A stretch of DNA of 64,000 nt, taken from positions 23,562,001-23,626,000 of the forward strand of contig NC_086109.1 of the NCBI RefSeq assembly GCF_963921235.1, in the 5' to 3' direction. The stretch is from Mobula hypostoma. Its lineage: Eukaryota. This document shows positions 45,810 to 57,940 of this stretch, piece by piece. Position numbers and translations under genes: made by a program. The notes beneath the pieces are model-generated. The model worked only from the letters and a program-made list of their open reading frames with translations, had not been told where the DNA came from and made no database searches. Each line of letters starts with the position of its first letter. The stretch's first letter is position 1.

Positions 45810-46367
45810 TACACTTAGTGGCTGCTTTATTAGATACAGCTGCGTAGCTGCTCATTAATGCAAATATCTAATCAGCCAATTATGGCAGCAGCTCAATGCA
45901 TAAAGTATGCAGACATGGTCAAGAGGTTCAGTTGTCGTTCAGACCAAACCTCAAGTTGTGGAATAAATGTGATCTAAGTGACTGGGACTGTGGAATAATT
46001 GTTGGTGTCAGATGGGGTGGTTTGAGTATCTCAGAAACTACTGATCTCCTGAGCAAGGCTCGTGCACAACAGTCTCTAGAGTTTACAGAGAATGGTGTGG
46101 CAAACAAAACAAAAACATCCAGTGAGCAGCAGTTCTGTGGGTGTAACTGCCTCGTTAATGAGAGACAATAGAGTAGAATTGCCCAAACCGTTTCAAGCTA
46201 ACAGGAAGGCAACAATAACATCAGTGGTGTGCAGAAGAGCATCTCTGAATGCACAACATGTCGAAGCCTGAAGCGGATGGGTGACAGCATCAGAAGACTG
46301 TGAACATACACTCAATGGTCTCTTTATTAGGTATCTTCTTTACCTAATAAAATGGCCATTGAGTGTA
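45810..46367 (+). mobile_element. Non-autonomous Tc1/mariner element, copy 2
   Basis: TA-flanked TIRs. ORF 45896 contains KCDLSDWDCGIIVGVRWGGLSISETTDLL (Tc1 paired-like HTH remnant). Confidence 0.88.
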
Positions 46368-46429
46368 AGTGGGGAAGAGCTGTATGATGAGGCTACTCCC
46401 TTTAAACTCTAGCTGAATTCTCTCATCAA

Positions 46430-46900
46430 GGTGTGGAATGTCCAGGGGCAGCAGATGTTAGGTGCAGAGTGAAAATACAGCATGAACTAAATGAATAAGG
46501 GTCCCTTTATGCTTTCCTGTCAAGCACACCATACCTTTACTACGTTCTATTAAAAACCCTCACAGTAGTTTTAACATGGATTAAATGCAGATTAATATTT
46601 CCTGTGAATTGTCCCCTCAAACAATGCTCAGGCAACCTACAGCATGGCTTAGATACTTAATAAATCTTGTTCTTTACTGTCCCATCAAAAACAACCAGGC
46701 AAGTTGGTAAAATCAGTTCACTATTGTGACATGTACTGAGGTATAGTGAAGAATTTGTTTTGCATACTGTTCATACCGATTCCTTCATCCATTCTGGAAT
46801 GGTATAGGTTAATAAAAAGTAAAGTGCTCCCTGAAATGCCCCTTCAAACACTCCTGGGCAAATACGGAAAGCATTAAAATATGTTCCGTCATTACTAGTG
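46430..46900 (-). repeat. Degenerate ~65-bp satellite-like repeat (reverse of 24590-24930)
   Basis: Repeated ctgtcccatcaaa / tcaaacactcctgggca / acagcatgg.ttagatac units. Confidence 0.55.
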
Positions 46901-48119
46901 CCCTTCTCAGAAGAACCCCATATTTACTGCCAAGTTAATGACACTTTTGTGCAGCGTCTATGTGCTTTGTATGAAAAAAGCTGATGATGCGTTTTCTCTT
47001 TAAATGTGGTCTTGAGAGTCTGATTATTCCTTTAATCCCTCTTTAATAATTGTATGTTCTAAGGATCAGTGAAGTAGATGTAATTGGCTTCAGGGACATT
47101 GTGAGCTTTGTGTAAAATTCCAATGCATTACAATTTTGCGGATAAAATCCAATGAATTCCCTGCAGCCCAGAGAAAGGTTTAAGAGGCATCTTGTGTCCT
47201 TAAAACTCATTCATCTGTCACAAATTGTAAACATTCAGAATGGAAGTCCATTCATCCTACTTTTGAGTCCTGTCTCTTTGAAAGAGCTACTTTATTAAAC
47301 TTTCGTGGAATTACAGCCTGAAATGTAAATACGATGCTGTCAGCTATCATTTTGATTGCAAAATATATTCCAAGTCAACCATATAAATAAATTGGTATAT
47401 TTATTGTCCAGTATGGCAGAGTCATGTATAGAGCAGAGAAATTGAAAGTTTGGTCTGGATGTGGGACTTCATAAGTGGAGGTTGGCTCTAATTCTCTGTT
47501 CTTTCCCAGGACAATTGATTAGCTGGCCACAGTACTACAGTCAGCACCAGCCCTTGGAAATGAATCCAAAATAAATTGGCACCTTTGGAAGATGTCAGGA
47601 AAACTATGCAGCCAAGAAAAAGGTGGCTCTTCCGACTGGTCTGGTTCCTTCCCAGTCCTTGGCATCTCTTCAAAGTACTATTGACAAAGTAGGCAATATT
47701 GACAAGCCTCTGATCTTACCTGTTTATGTTGTTACTCTATTCAACAGAAATCATTTGCCAATGAGAGTGTTTTTGGAGGAGTAATTTTCCCAATCTATGA
47801 AAAATATTACAACACACTGCTCTCAATTCCTATTGCTTATTTAAAGAGTGAGACACTTAAAATAAAAAAGGCAGCTAAACTTCAAACTCAGTGTCCAAAG
47901 AAAAAGATATTGGGTTGCAATCCAAAAGGACTGAGACTTGTCTTGGCAAGCGTTGTGAAGCCTCTTTCAGCAAATGTTGATAAATAACTAATTGTTTCCA
48001 GATTGTTTGGAAGAGCAAATGTGTAATAAACTTTGTTGTTTCAGGAGGCTGAGTCCATATCACTAATATTACAAATCCATCGACACACATATATATGAAA
48101 AAGCAAACTTAAATCAGTT

Positions 48120-48310
48120 TTGGCTGACCCGGCATGGTGCCAAGGCACACTAAAGCAGAAGGTCCCAGATTCTCCAAGCCAAGCTGAGTTAGCTGTTAAG
48201 GAGATCACATTTGCACTCACCAAATGTGAACTCGGTCCAATTAGACAGCAACGACTAGATTAGGTTCGCATGTGGTGCCTTCTGCATAGTCCTGCAGTCA
48301 CTGTCAAGTG
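48120..48310 (+). mobile_element. Ancient tRNA-derived SINE (LF-SINE-like), decayed
   Basis: agcagaaggtcccagattc...gctgagttagctg...tcctgcagtcactgtcaagtga. Confidence 0.45.
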
Positions 48311-48409
48311 AAGAAAGCACACTGGGAGAAAGACCAATCAAATTACTAAAGAAGAATGAAGCACATCCATTAATCTAATAACTTTCTGAAACCTCATAAT
48401 GTCCCAGAG

Positions 48410-48570
48410 TTACACACATAAAATGCTGGAGAAACTCAGCAAATCAGGAAGCACCTATGGAAAGTAATAAAAAGTCAATGCTTCGGCAGAGACCGTAACC
48501 TGCTGAGTTCCTCCAGTATTTTGTCAGGGTTACTCTGGATTTCCAGCATCTGCAGAATTTCTTGTGTTCA
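48410..48570. mobile_element. Palindromic Penelope-derived element
   Basis: aaatgctggagaaactcagca ... tgctgagttcctccagtatttt inverted arms. Confidence 0.7.
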
Positions 48571-49159
48571 AAATGTTCCTGAGTGCTTTTGAATTGTAGT
48601 GACTATTATAGCAGCCTGGATCTTCTGACCTACTACTCATCTTCTTTCTCTGCAGTTATGGCCATCACGCAATGCTGTTCAACAAACCTATAGCAAGCAC
48701 CTTTACAGAACATGCAGAGGCTTAGTGAATCCTGCACATGTGGACATCATTGCAGTATGTGAAGCCAATGTGACCTGACTTTGCATGTGCTGATGACATA
48801 ATTTCCTTCAGTTCGCAGGAGATTGCCGTGATAAACTTTCTCAGCTGTGTTCACTTTAGGCTATGAAGGCTCTTTGCCCCAATGCTCAGATTTTGCACAG
48901 AAATCACTTCAGCAGAGTGCACCTTAGGGCTGGCTTTCATAAACTGAGAGAAAGAGGGAATTGATAAATAAAAAAAACTACTTAAACTCACCTATTACTG
49001 ATTTCATTCAAAATGGTGTCTGATCATTACTAATATAGTGCTTAGAGAAGAACTGCTAAAAATCTTGTGATTTCTATCTCATAAACTTCACACCATAACT
49101 CTTTGTCACCTGATTGCCAGATTAAGCAAGAGACTTATTTTCTTTTGGCAGTCTCATTT

Positions 49160-51180
49160 AGTCAGGTCACCTACCATTAGTAATGTCTTTCAAGAATCAG
49201 TAGATACTGGCAGAGGACTGGAAAGTTGCAAACGTTACTCCAGTCTTCAAGAAGGAAGGGAGGCAGGCAGAAGAAAGGAAATTATGGGCCAGTTAGCCTG
49301 ACCTGAGTGGTTAGGAAGATGTTGGAGTCGATTGTTAAGGGTGTGGTTTCACGGTACATGATAATATAGGCCAAAATTTAAGAGAAAATGTTGCCTGACA
49401 TATCTGTTGGAATTCTTTGAGTAAGTAACAAGCAGGATAGACAAAGGAGAATTGGTGATGCTGTGTCCTAGGATTTCCAGAAGGTGTTTGACAAGGTGCC
49501 ACAAGTAAGTCTGTTTAACAAGATAAGAGCCCATGATATTCCAGGAAAGGTTTTAGCCTGGATAGACCATTGGCTGATTGGCAGTGACTAAATGGGGCCT
49601 TTTCTAATTGGCTGCTGGTGATTAGTGGAGTTCTGCAGGGGTTAGTTTTGGGACCGCTTCTTTTTATGTTGGATAGCAATGATATGAATGACAGAATTGA
49701 TGACTTTGTGGCCAAGTTTGCAGATAACATGAAGGGAGTTTGGAGAAAGCAGGGAGTCTGCAGAAGAACTTAGATAGATTAGGAGAATGGCCAAAGAAGT
49801 GGGAGATGGAATACAGTATCAGAAAGTGTATAGTCATGCACTTTGGTAGAAGGAATAAAACCATATACTATTTTCTAAATGGGTAGAAAACTTAAAAATC
49901 TGAGGTTCCAAGGGACCTGAGATTTCTTGTGCAGGATTCCCTAAAGGTTAATTTGCAGGTTGAGTCATTGAAGTGGAAGCCAAGTGCAATGTTAGCATTC
50001 ATTTTGAGAGGACTAGAATATATAAGGAAGGATGTAATGCTAAGGCTTTATAAAGCATTGGTGTAAGGTTGCCAACTGTCTCGTATTAGCCGGGATATCC
50101 CGTATATTGGGCTAAATTGGTGTGTCTCATATGGGACTGCCCTTGTCCCGTATTTCTCCAGCTAAGGTAGAGCGTTCCTATGAAACCATTCGTAAGCTGA
50201 AATGGCGTAAAGCGAAAAAGCAATTTCCATTAATTTATATGGGAAAAATTTTGAGCGTTCCCAGACCCAAAGAAGTAACCTACCAAATCATACCAAACAA
50301 CACATAAAACCTAAAATAACACTAACAGATAGTAAAAGCAGGAATGATATGATAAATACACGGCCTATATAAAGTAGAAATAATGTACGTACAGTGTAGT
50401 TTCACTCAGAAAGCATCGGGAAAATTAAGCCAAAACCGATTTCTAGAAAAAAAATCAGCACGTACACGCATGCGCACGTCACGTATGTGCACATCATGCA
50501 TGTGCACACAGGTGCCTGCGCAAGGCTCCATGGTCATGGTAGTCTTTCTCGGGGTAAACACAAGTGTCCCATATTTGACTGCTACTCTTGTTCCTTATTT
50601 GGGAGTGAGAAAGTTGGCAACCCTACATTGGTGAGGTATCACTTGGAGAATTGTAAGCAGTTTTGGGCCCCTTAGTTAAGAAGGCACATTTTGTCGTTGA
50701 AGAGGGTTCAGAGAAGGTTTATGAGAATGATTCAGGGAATGATAAGCCTATCATATGAGGAGCGATTGATGGCTCTGGGCATTTACTTGCTGGAGTTTAG
50801 AAGCATGAGGGGTTACCTCATAGAAACCAATCAAATGTTGAAAGGCCTGGATAGAGTGGATGTGGTGAGGATGTTTCCTATGATGGGGGAGTCTAGGACT
50901 AGAAGGCACAGCCTCGGAATAGAGGGATGCCCATTTAGAATGGAGATGAGGAGGAATTTATTTTTCCTGAGGGTGGTGAATCTGTAGAATTTGTTACCAC
51001 AGACAGCTGTGCAGACAGGTCATTGGATGTATTTAAGGCGGAGATTGATAAGTTCTTGATTAGTAAGGTTATGAAAGGCTATGGGGAGAAGGCAAGACGA
51101 TGTGGTTGAGGAGGAGATGGACTGGCAGAGCAGATTCGATGGGCCAAATGGCCTGATTCTGTTCCTATGTCTTATCGTCT
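49160..51180 (+). mobile_element. CR1 LINE RT region and 3' UTR, split by a hAT MITE
   Basis: WKVANVTPVFKK, GPLLF, KFADN and ORF 50691-50987 (LKRVQRRFMRMI...LGIYLLEFR), followed by a CR1 tail. Confidence 0.92.
50064..50625. mobile_element. hAT-superfamily non-autonomous DNA transposon
   Basis: TIRs taaggttgccaact / agttggcaacccta and a perfect 8-bp TSD CATTGGTG (50056-50063, 50626-50633). Confidence 0.93.
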
Positions 51181-51388
51181 TATTCCACAGCCCCAGGTGC
51201 AGAAAAAAATCCTAGCGTTTCCTCCATCACTGGTATTGGAGGTTTTCTTTTAGAGTAAAGGCTGTGGGCTTCCAGTCTCCAGTGGAGCTCAACAATGCTG
51301 CAGCTGGGAGACTTAGGCATCTGCTTGTGACCCAAGGAACAAGTCAATGTGTCAGATAAGTTATTCCGAAGGAGGAAGCACCATAACC

Positions 51389-51572
51389 AATTTGCACACA
51401 AATAGCATACTGTTAACAGTTGTGTGATAAAGGCTGAATCATTTTCTATTTCTCAATAACTTTAGTTGACATATAAATATTGGCCGAGACACCAGAAATA
51501 TTCCTCATGTTGTTCTTAACTGTAATTCATGGATTCATCCATAGCCATTGAATGTCCTGATAGAAGCTCTGC
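51389..51572 (-). mobile_element. Deu-domain (SacSINE-like) SINE fragment
   Basis: aatttgcacac...ataaatattggccgagacacc matches the reverse Deu-SINE body. Confidence 0.6.
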
Positions 51573-51574
51573 AA

Positions 51575-52435
51575 GATTCAGGATTGTTTAGTGTCATTTC
51601 CAGCACACAAGAGGAAAGGAGAATGAAATAATTGTTACTCTAAACCCGATGCAGCATATAAAAACACACTTAAGATAAAGAGCACAATAATTTTTAAAAA
51701 ATGCACTAAATATAAATACTGTACGTAGCATAGTATATATACATAGATTGGTTATTTGTATATACATAATGTGATGCTAGGTATAGGAGCATCTGCACGT
51801 AGGATGACTTTGACAGGAAATGATAAAGTTGTGTTGGTGCGAAGAGTGGTGCGGTGGTTTCAGAAGGTCGCAGTGTTGATCAGCCTTACTGCTTGGGGAA
51901 AGTAGCTGCTTTTGAGTCTGTTGGTCCTGGCATGGATGCTCCTAGACGGTGAGACAAACAGTCCTTGAGCAGGTATCTTTCATGATAATGCTGGCCCTTT
52001 TCCTGCACCTTTCTGTATATCTGTCCTTGATGGTGGCTAGGCTGGAGCAGCAATGCATTGGGCAGTTTTGACTACCCATTGCAGACCCTTCCTGTTGGCC
52101 ACAATGCAGTTTTCGAACCATACAGTGGTGCTGCATGTTAAGATCCTCTCTACTGTGCATCCGTGGAAGGTCATGAGTATTGATGTGCATAATCCAGCAA
52201 TCTTCAGCCTCCTCGCAAAGTCGAGGCATGGGTGAACTTTCTAGATTGTGTACGATATGTTCTAGGGCCATGAGAGATTGTGTGGGATGTGCTCACATTT
52301 TTTTCTGCTCTGCTGCCGATGAAAAGGCTGGGGGGAGGGTGGTGAGTGATGCGAGTTCTCCTGATATCGGTAACTATCTCCTTTGTCTTCTTGACATTGA
52401 GGAAGTGGTTATCTCCCCGGGCACCATGCTCACCA
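51575..52435 (-). mobile_element. Decayed Rex-like LINE 3' portion
   Basis: Reverse strand LNVKKTKEIVTDIRR and LATIKDRYTERCRKRASIIMKD. Confidence 0.85.
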
Positions 52436-53019
52436 AATATCAGCGAACTTGAGCCCTCTCTCAGTATTGCATTGGGTGTGCCAGCCCAGAATTCGTTCTC
52501 ATGCCTCTTAATCAGAAACAAAAAATTCTGCTACTGAGCTGCTGCAACCCAAGGACAACAGGACAACTGTTATCATCAGCAGAGAAATGGTAAAAGGGGT
52601 GTAGGCGAGGTAGGATTTAAAAATAACCTTTCTCTACCAGGTCAGAGAGAGTGGAAAGGAAGTTTTTGAAATCTTGAAATACTTTGATAGATGGACAAGA
52701 CCATCTCTCCTTGCTCGGGTCTCAGCTTCAAGGGGTCTTCAATTTAAAAATTTCTTCCAGTAAGAAGAGAGCTTAGGATAAGCATATTCAGTGAAAAAAG
52801 CTGTTGGAACAAGGAATTTGTTAGTATATTTTTAATATCTGACATAATATTTAAAATTGAGAACAACATGGGGATGTTGGGAGAAAGGAGTGTTTTTTGA
52901 CTAATCTCGACTGAGTCAAAACTTCTTTGATGCTCTACGATTCAATGGCAAAAATAAATATAAACCAGAGCTTATTCAATGCCTGATATTATTTACCCTT
53001 TCTATTAACTTCAAACTGA

Positions 53020-53660
53020 CCATTTGTGCATTTGCAAACATTTATTTTCCTAGTCTGTCTGTAGCACTTTCCATCACATAGAACCCTGCTTTTAGGAATG
53101 AAACACTTAATCTCACAAAGGGAACAGTTTGGGGAGGGGGGAAGGGGGTTGGGGTGGTCTGTGAGTGTGGAGAGATGAAGCTCCTCAACAAAGATTGCTT
53201 TTCCACCCTGCCTTCCCCAGGGGACACAATCAACGAAGATGTTAAACGTCGCTTGACACCTCTGAATGAAGATTGCGAATGCTGGGACTAATGAACAGGA
53301 TCTGTCTCCTCAATTAAGATGGTGTGCTAATTTCTCAAGAGTGTCTTGGCTTTCCTGCATTCAATCCCAGTAATCTGGTTACAGGGCTGTTCGTTCAACC
53401 AAGTGTCTCTCGGCAAAGAGCAGGTTGCATTGAATAGTTTTCTGCTTCATTTAGCCCTTCACTTTTATATAGAGCTGTAATTTCGCTGATAATTGCTGTT
53501 TGAAATGTCCAAGTTTGATGAATTCTCTGATCTATTTTAAAAATAATAATTAGAGTTTCTTCACCCTCCTCCTTTTGGGATTCTGTGGATGCAGCCTCTG
53601 GAGATTAGAGGAGGCGTTGCTGCTTGATTGGCCTTTGCTGCTAATCAGGAGTCATTTTCC
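53020..53660. promoter_or_regulatory. Candidate conserved non-coding region
   Basis: About 600 bp free of recognisable repeats, with TAAT/CAATTA, GATAA and forkhead-like GCAAACA sites. Confidence 0.4.
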
Positions 53661-54075
53661 ACATCTGAAATGTTAGTTTCTCTCCAGCATGTTCAAACTA
53701 TTTTCATTCTAGATAGATTTTATAATATACTAATTCATATTATACCCAACTTTTAATATTGTAGAGACACTCAGACACATCTCTAGGAGTGAATACTTCT
53801 GAAATTATCCCCAATGTCTGCAGATATAATGTTAAAGGTCACAGGAGGCAGATTTCAAGGAAGAGCATTCTTCAGAGTGTCCAAACCTGTCTTTATCCTT
53901 TAATCACTAAAAGAAGCAGAGGAAACAAAGAGCTGTAGAGTCATGCAGCACAGAAGCAGGGTCTTTGTCCCATCAGGCCCATGCTGACCATCAAGCATCC
54001 TTTTACACCAATTGTACAATAACCTTGTTTTATATTCCCCACTGCTGCAGCCCCTGAGACAATCTCATCATTATT

Positions 54076-54215
54076 GAGTCCTGATAAACGGTTTCGGCAT
54101 GGAACGTCGACTGTTTAGTCTTTTCCATAGATGCTGCCTGGCCTGCTGAGTTCCCCCGGCATTTTGTGCATCTTGCTCTGGATTTCCAGCGCCTGCAGAT
54201 TCTCTCATGCTTATC
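54076..54215 (+). mobile_element. Penelope terminal repeat with hammerhead relic
   Basis: gagtcctgataaacggtttcggcatggaacgtcgactg, retaining the ACGT palindrome and GTC site. Confidence 0.78.
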
Positions 54216-54639
54216 ATTGCTGCGCTGCTTTATGGTGGATCTTGCAGTTCATAAACTGGCCGTGATGTTTCCTCATGTTCCAGTTGAGCTGACATTTGAA
54301 AGAACATGGCTATCTGTGCTACAGGATGCGATACTCCGAGCTTGTGAAAATGCAATCGAAATGTAAGTCCGTTTTCTTTGGAAGGTTACTGAGCATGGCC
54401 ACTGTCTAGCAGTGATTGTCTGGCAGTGACTGATTGCAATGAAGATTTGGGCTAACCATGTTTTTGTGTTATAGAAAAGCATACATGAAGTCTGGATCAA
54501 GAACTGGGAGATAACAATCAAAAGAAAGCCACTTAACAGTTTATCCCTTTCCTACCTGGATCCGATTATTGGCCCTTGAAGGTCTCGACAGGGAACACAG
54601 AATATTAGTGTGTTACTGTAAGGCTAAAGAAGATTAATG

Positions 54640-55918
54640 AAGAAGATTAGCTTTATATGTCACATGTACATCAAAACATCAAAACATACAGTGAAATACA
54701 GACATACAGCAGGATCCTCAGAACAGAGGGACGTCCATTTAGAACAGAGATGGAGGAGTTCCTTTAGCCAGAGGGTGGTGAGTCTGTGGAATTTGTGACC
54801 ACAGGTTGCTATGGAGACCAGGTCATTGGGTGTATTTAACATGGAAGTTGATAGGTTCTTGATTAGTCAGGGCTTGAAATATTAGATTAGATTATGAGGA
54901 CACTCAGTTCTCATTTATTGTCATTTAGTAATGCATGCATTAAGAAATGATGCAATGTTCCTCCAGTATGATATCACAGAAACACAGGACAGACCAAGAC
55001 TAAAACTGACAAAACCACATAATTATAGCATATAGTTACAGCAGTGCAAAGCAATACCATAATTTGATAAGAGCAGACCATGGGCACTGTAAAAAAAAAG
55101 TCTCAAAGTCCCGATAGCCCCATCATCTCACACAGATGGTAGGAGGAAGAAAAACTCTCCCTGCCATGAACCTCCAGCGCCGCAAACTTGCCGATGCAGC
55201 ACCCTGGAAGCACCCAACCACAGCCGACTCTGACTCTGTCCGAAAACTTTGAGCCTCCGACCAGCCCTCCGACACCGAGCACCGAGCACCATCTCTGTCG
55301 AGTGCTTCGACCCCGGTCCTGGCCGCCAAGCAACAGGCAAAGCCAAGGATTCGGGGACTTCCCCTTCGGAGATTTCGGATCGCACGGTAGCAGCGGCAGC
55401 GAAACAGACATTCCAGAAGTTTCACCAGATGTTCCTCCATGCTTCTCACGTCTGTCTCCATCAAATCAGGATTGTGCATAGCATCCTACTCTGATATTCA
55501 TTCCGGAGTGGCCGCTGCGTCGCGCCGCCATCTTCTCTTCTCTATTTGTGGGAGAAGTCAGGACAGTGATGAAATGGCGGAGCACACTCGATAGGCTGAA
55601 TGGCCTAATTCTGCACCTATGTCTTGTGGTCTTACGGAAATGCACCATTTGTGTCAATGACCACCACAATGTGAATATGTGTTCGGGACAGCCAGCAAGT
55701 GTTGCCATGGTTCTGGCACTAACATAGCATCTCCAGAGTTTACTAACCCTGAGCTGTACAGTATGTCTTTGGACTGTGGGAGGAAACTGGAGCACCTGGA
55801 GGAAACCCACGTGGTCAAAGGGAGAAAGTGCAAACTCCTTAGAGACAGTGGCAAAACCTGATCGCCGATAGCTGGCTCTGTAATAGTGTTTTGTTAACCA
55901 CTATGCTGTCGTGCCGCT
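54640..55918 (-). mobile_element. V-SINE-type SINE split by a CR1 3' fragment (+, ~54709-55633)
   Basis: SINE tail at 54640-54708 and body/head at 55634-55918; CR1 3' sequence at 54709-54878 and 55546-55633. Confidence 0.82.
54880..55545 (-). mobile_element. Young non-autonomous LINE derivative with (TAATC)n tail, copy 2 (with 5' end)
   Basis: 5' end agagaagatggcggcgcgacg; otherwise near-identical to 44380-44982. Confidence 0.87.
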
Positions 55919-56249
55919 AATAAGGTTATGGACCGCTGTGATGGAAACGTAGCTCACTCATGACCTACTTCAAAGGAAAAGCACTGCTGCTGTTTATACG
56001 TTCCACACAATGCTCCTAAAATGACCACCTTAATACGCATGAAGAAATTCGAAGCTCGAATTTTGAAAATTAGAAAAAAAATGTAGGAGCTGGAAAACTT
56101 AAAATATTAAAAGAAAGTTCTGGAAATACTCATAGTATTTCCAGCACTTTCTCTGTGGGAAAAGAAAAACGGTTAATGTTTCAGAATGAAAGCTCTTTGT
56201 CAGAGTCTTATTTATTCACTTCCTATAATTTTCATTGTGTCTGTATGTC

Positions 56250-57590
56250 TGATAAAACCAGCACTTACACTTAATCCTTAATTGCTCTGATGAAGTGGTG
56301 GCGGTAAGCTACCTTCTTGAGCTACTGCAGCCTCTCCGATAAAAGTAAACCTAGATAGTTGATGTTCCAGGGTTTTCACCCTCTGATGATGAAAGGACGC
56401 TGTATATTTTCAAGTCAGCATGATGCATGTCTTTGGAGGGAAGTCTGCTGTTGCTGGGATTTTCATGTGTCTGCTGCACTTGTCCTTCTAGGTGGGAAAA
56501 GTTGTCGGCTTGCAAGGTGTTGGAGTAACTGCTAAACATTCTGTGGATGGTAAACACTGTTCCTACAATGTTCCATGTTGGAAGGAATGAATATTTAGGG
56601 AATGGAATGTGGGTGTCAATTGATTGGGATGCTTTGTTCTGGAATGCGTTGAGCATCTTACGCAAGACCTGGTACATGACTTTGGCCCGAAATGTCAACT
56701 GTCTCTCCACAGATGCTGTCTTATCTGCTGAATTCCTCCAGCATCTCCTTTGTTACTCCAGCTTCCAACATCTTGCAGTCTCTTGTGTCTCTTCCTATGT
56801 GTTGTTGGACCTGCACACAACCTGGCAAGTGGAGAGTATTCCAGTACACTTCTGACAATCAGTGAGTCGTTTGTTATATCTCCCCTCTCACTGTGAAATG
56901 GGGGCACCTCTTTTTCCCTTCTTAGGGAGCGAGAGGACCTGTGGTATGTTGAATTACCAGGTGAAGGAGTAGTCTTTGGGGTACTGCAAGTCTGTGTCTT
57001 TATTGATGCTTTGCTGCATGCTTGAGTGCTCGGTGGAGGGTGGCGATGCCTTTTTGCTGGTGGGGGAGGGGGGGGAGTTGTTACCTTTCTGCTGTTTGTG
57101 CATGGGAGGATGGAGCTGGGGGGTGCTTTAGGGTACTCCTCTGTTTTTGTGGATGTTTGCGAAGAAAAGGAATTTCAGGATGTATATTGTATACATTTCT
57201 CTGACATTAAATGTACCTATTGAACCTATTGAACTTGTGCCTTGCAGGTATTGGAAAGGCTTGTACTGTCATGATATACTTGATACAGCCTACCCAGCCC
57301 CTGAAATACTTTTCTAGCACCAATATTTATCCCAGAGAGTTTCTGAACGTTGGTGACCTCAAGATGTTAATAGTGGGATTTAGGTGATGGTAATGATATT
57401 ATTGCAAGGCTGAATGTTATACACTCTTATTAAAGATGGCCATTACTTGGAACTCATCTGACACAAATGGTACTTGCCAATTGTCAGTCAATGCCTGAAT
57501 GTTGTCTAGATCCAGCTGCTTGTGAGTGTGGGCTGCTTCATCTTCTGATGAGTTGCAAATTGAATTAGACACTGTGTTATCATTAGCAAA
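56250..57590 (-). mobile_element. Decayed CR1/L2-group LINE 3' part hosting a Penelope piece (~56665-56790) and a younger LINE 3' UTR (+, ~56850-57233)
   Basis: Host sequence joins across the insertion (gagagtattccagtacacttctgac | ttgtgccttgcagg). The insert ends in attaaatgta(cctattgaa)2. Confidence 0.6.
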
Positions 57591-57732
57591 CATTTAAAAA
57601 ATGTCTAAATCATACCCAGCTATCAGAGGAATTGAAGAGTGACAATTGAAGTATTAGTAAAAGAGGGAATGAGTTTGTAATTTTTTCATGATAGGAATAA
57701 AGGAGAACATGGACATGAATGGAAATCTAGAG

Positions 57733-57940
57733 TAACACACACAATATGCTGGAGCAACTCAATAGGTCAGGCAGTATCAGTGGGAAGGTGTAAAGATTTG
57801 ACCTTTCAGGCTGAGTCCCTTCATCAGGACTGGAAAGGAAGGGGAAGGAATACATTTTCAGCCCTGATGAGGAATCCTAGCCTGTTGTGTTGACTGCTGA
57901 CTGACCTAGTGAGTTCCTCCAGCATTTCCTGTGTGTTGTT
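57733..57940. mobile_element. Inverted pair of Penelope terminal repeats with two hammerhead relics
   Basis: Minus-strand cagtcCTGATGAagggactcagcctGAAAggtc (57800-57832), plus-strand cctgatgagg (57863) and inverted outer arms. Confidence 0.78.
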
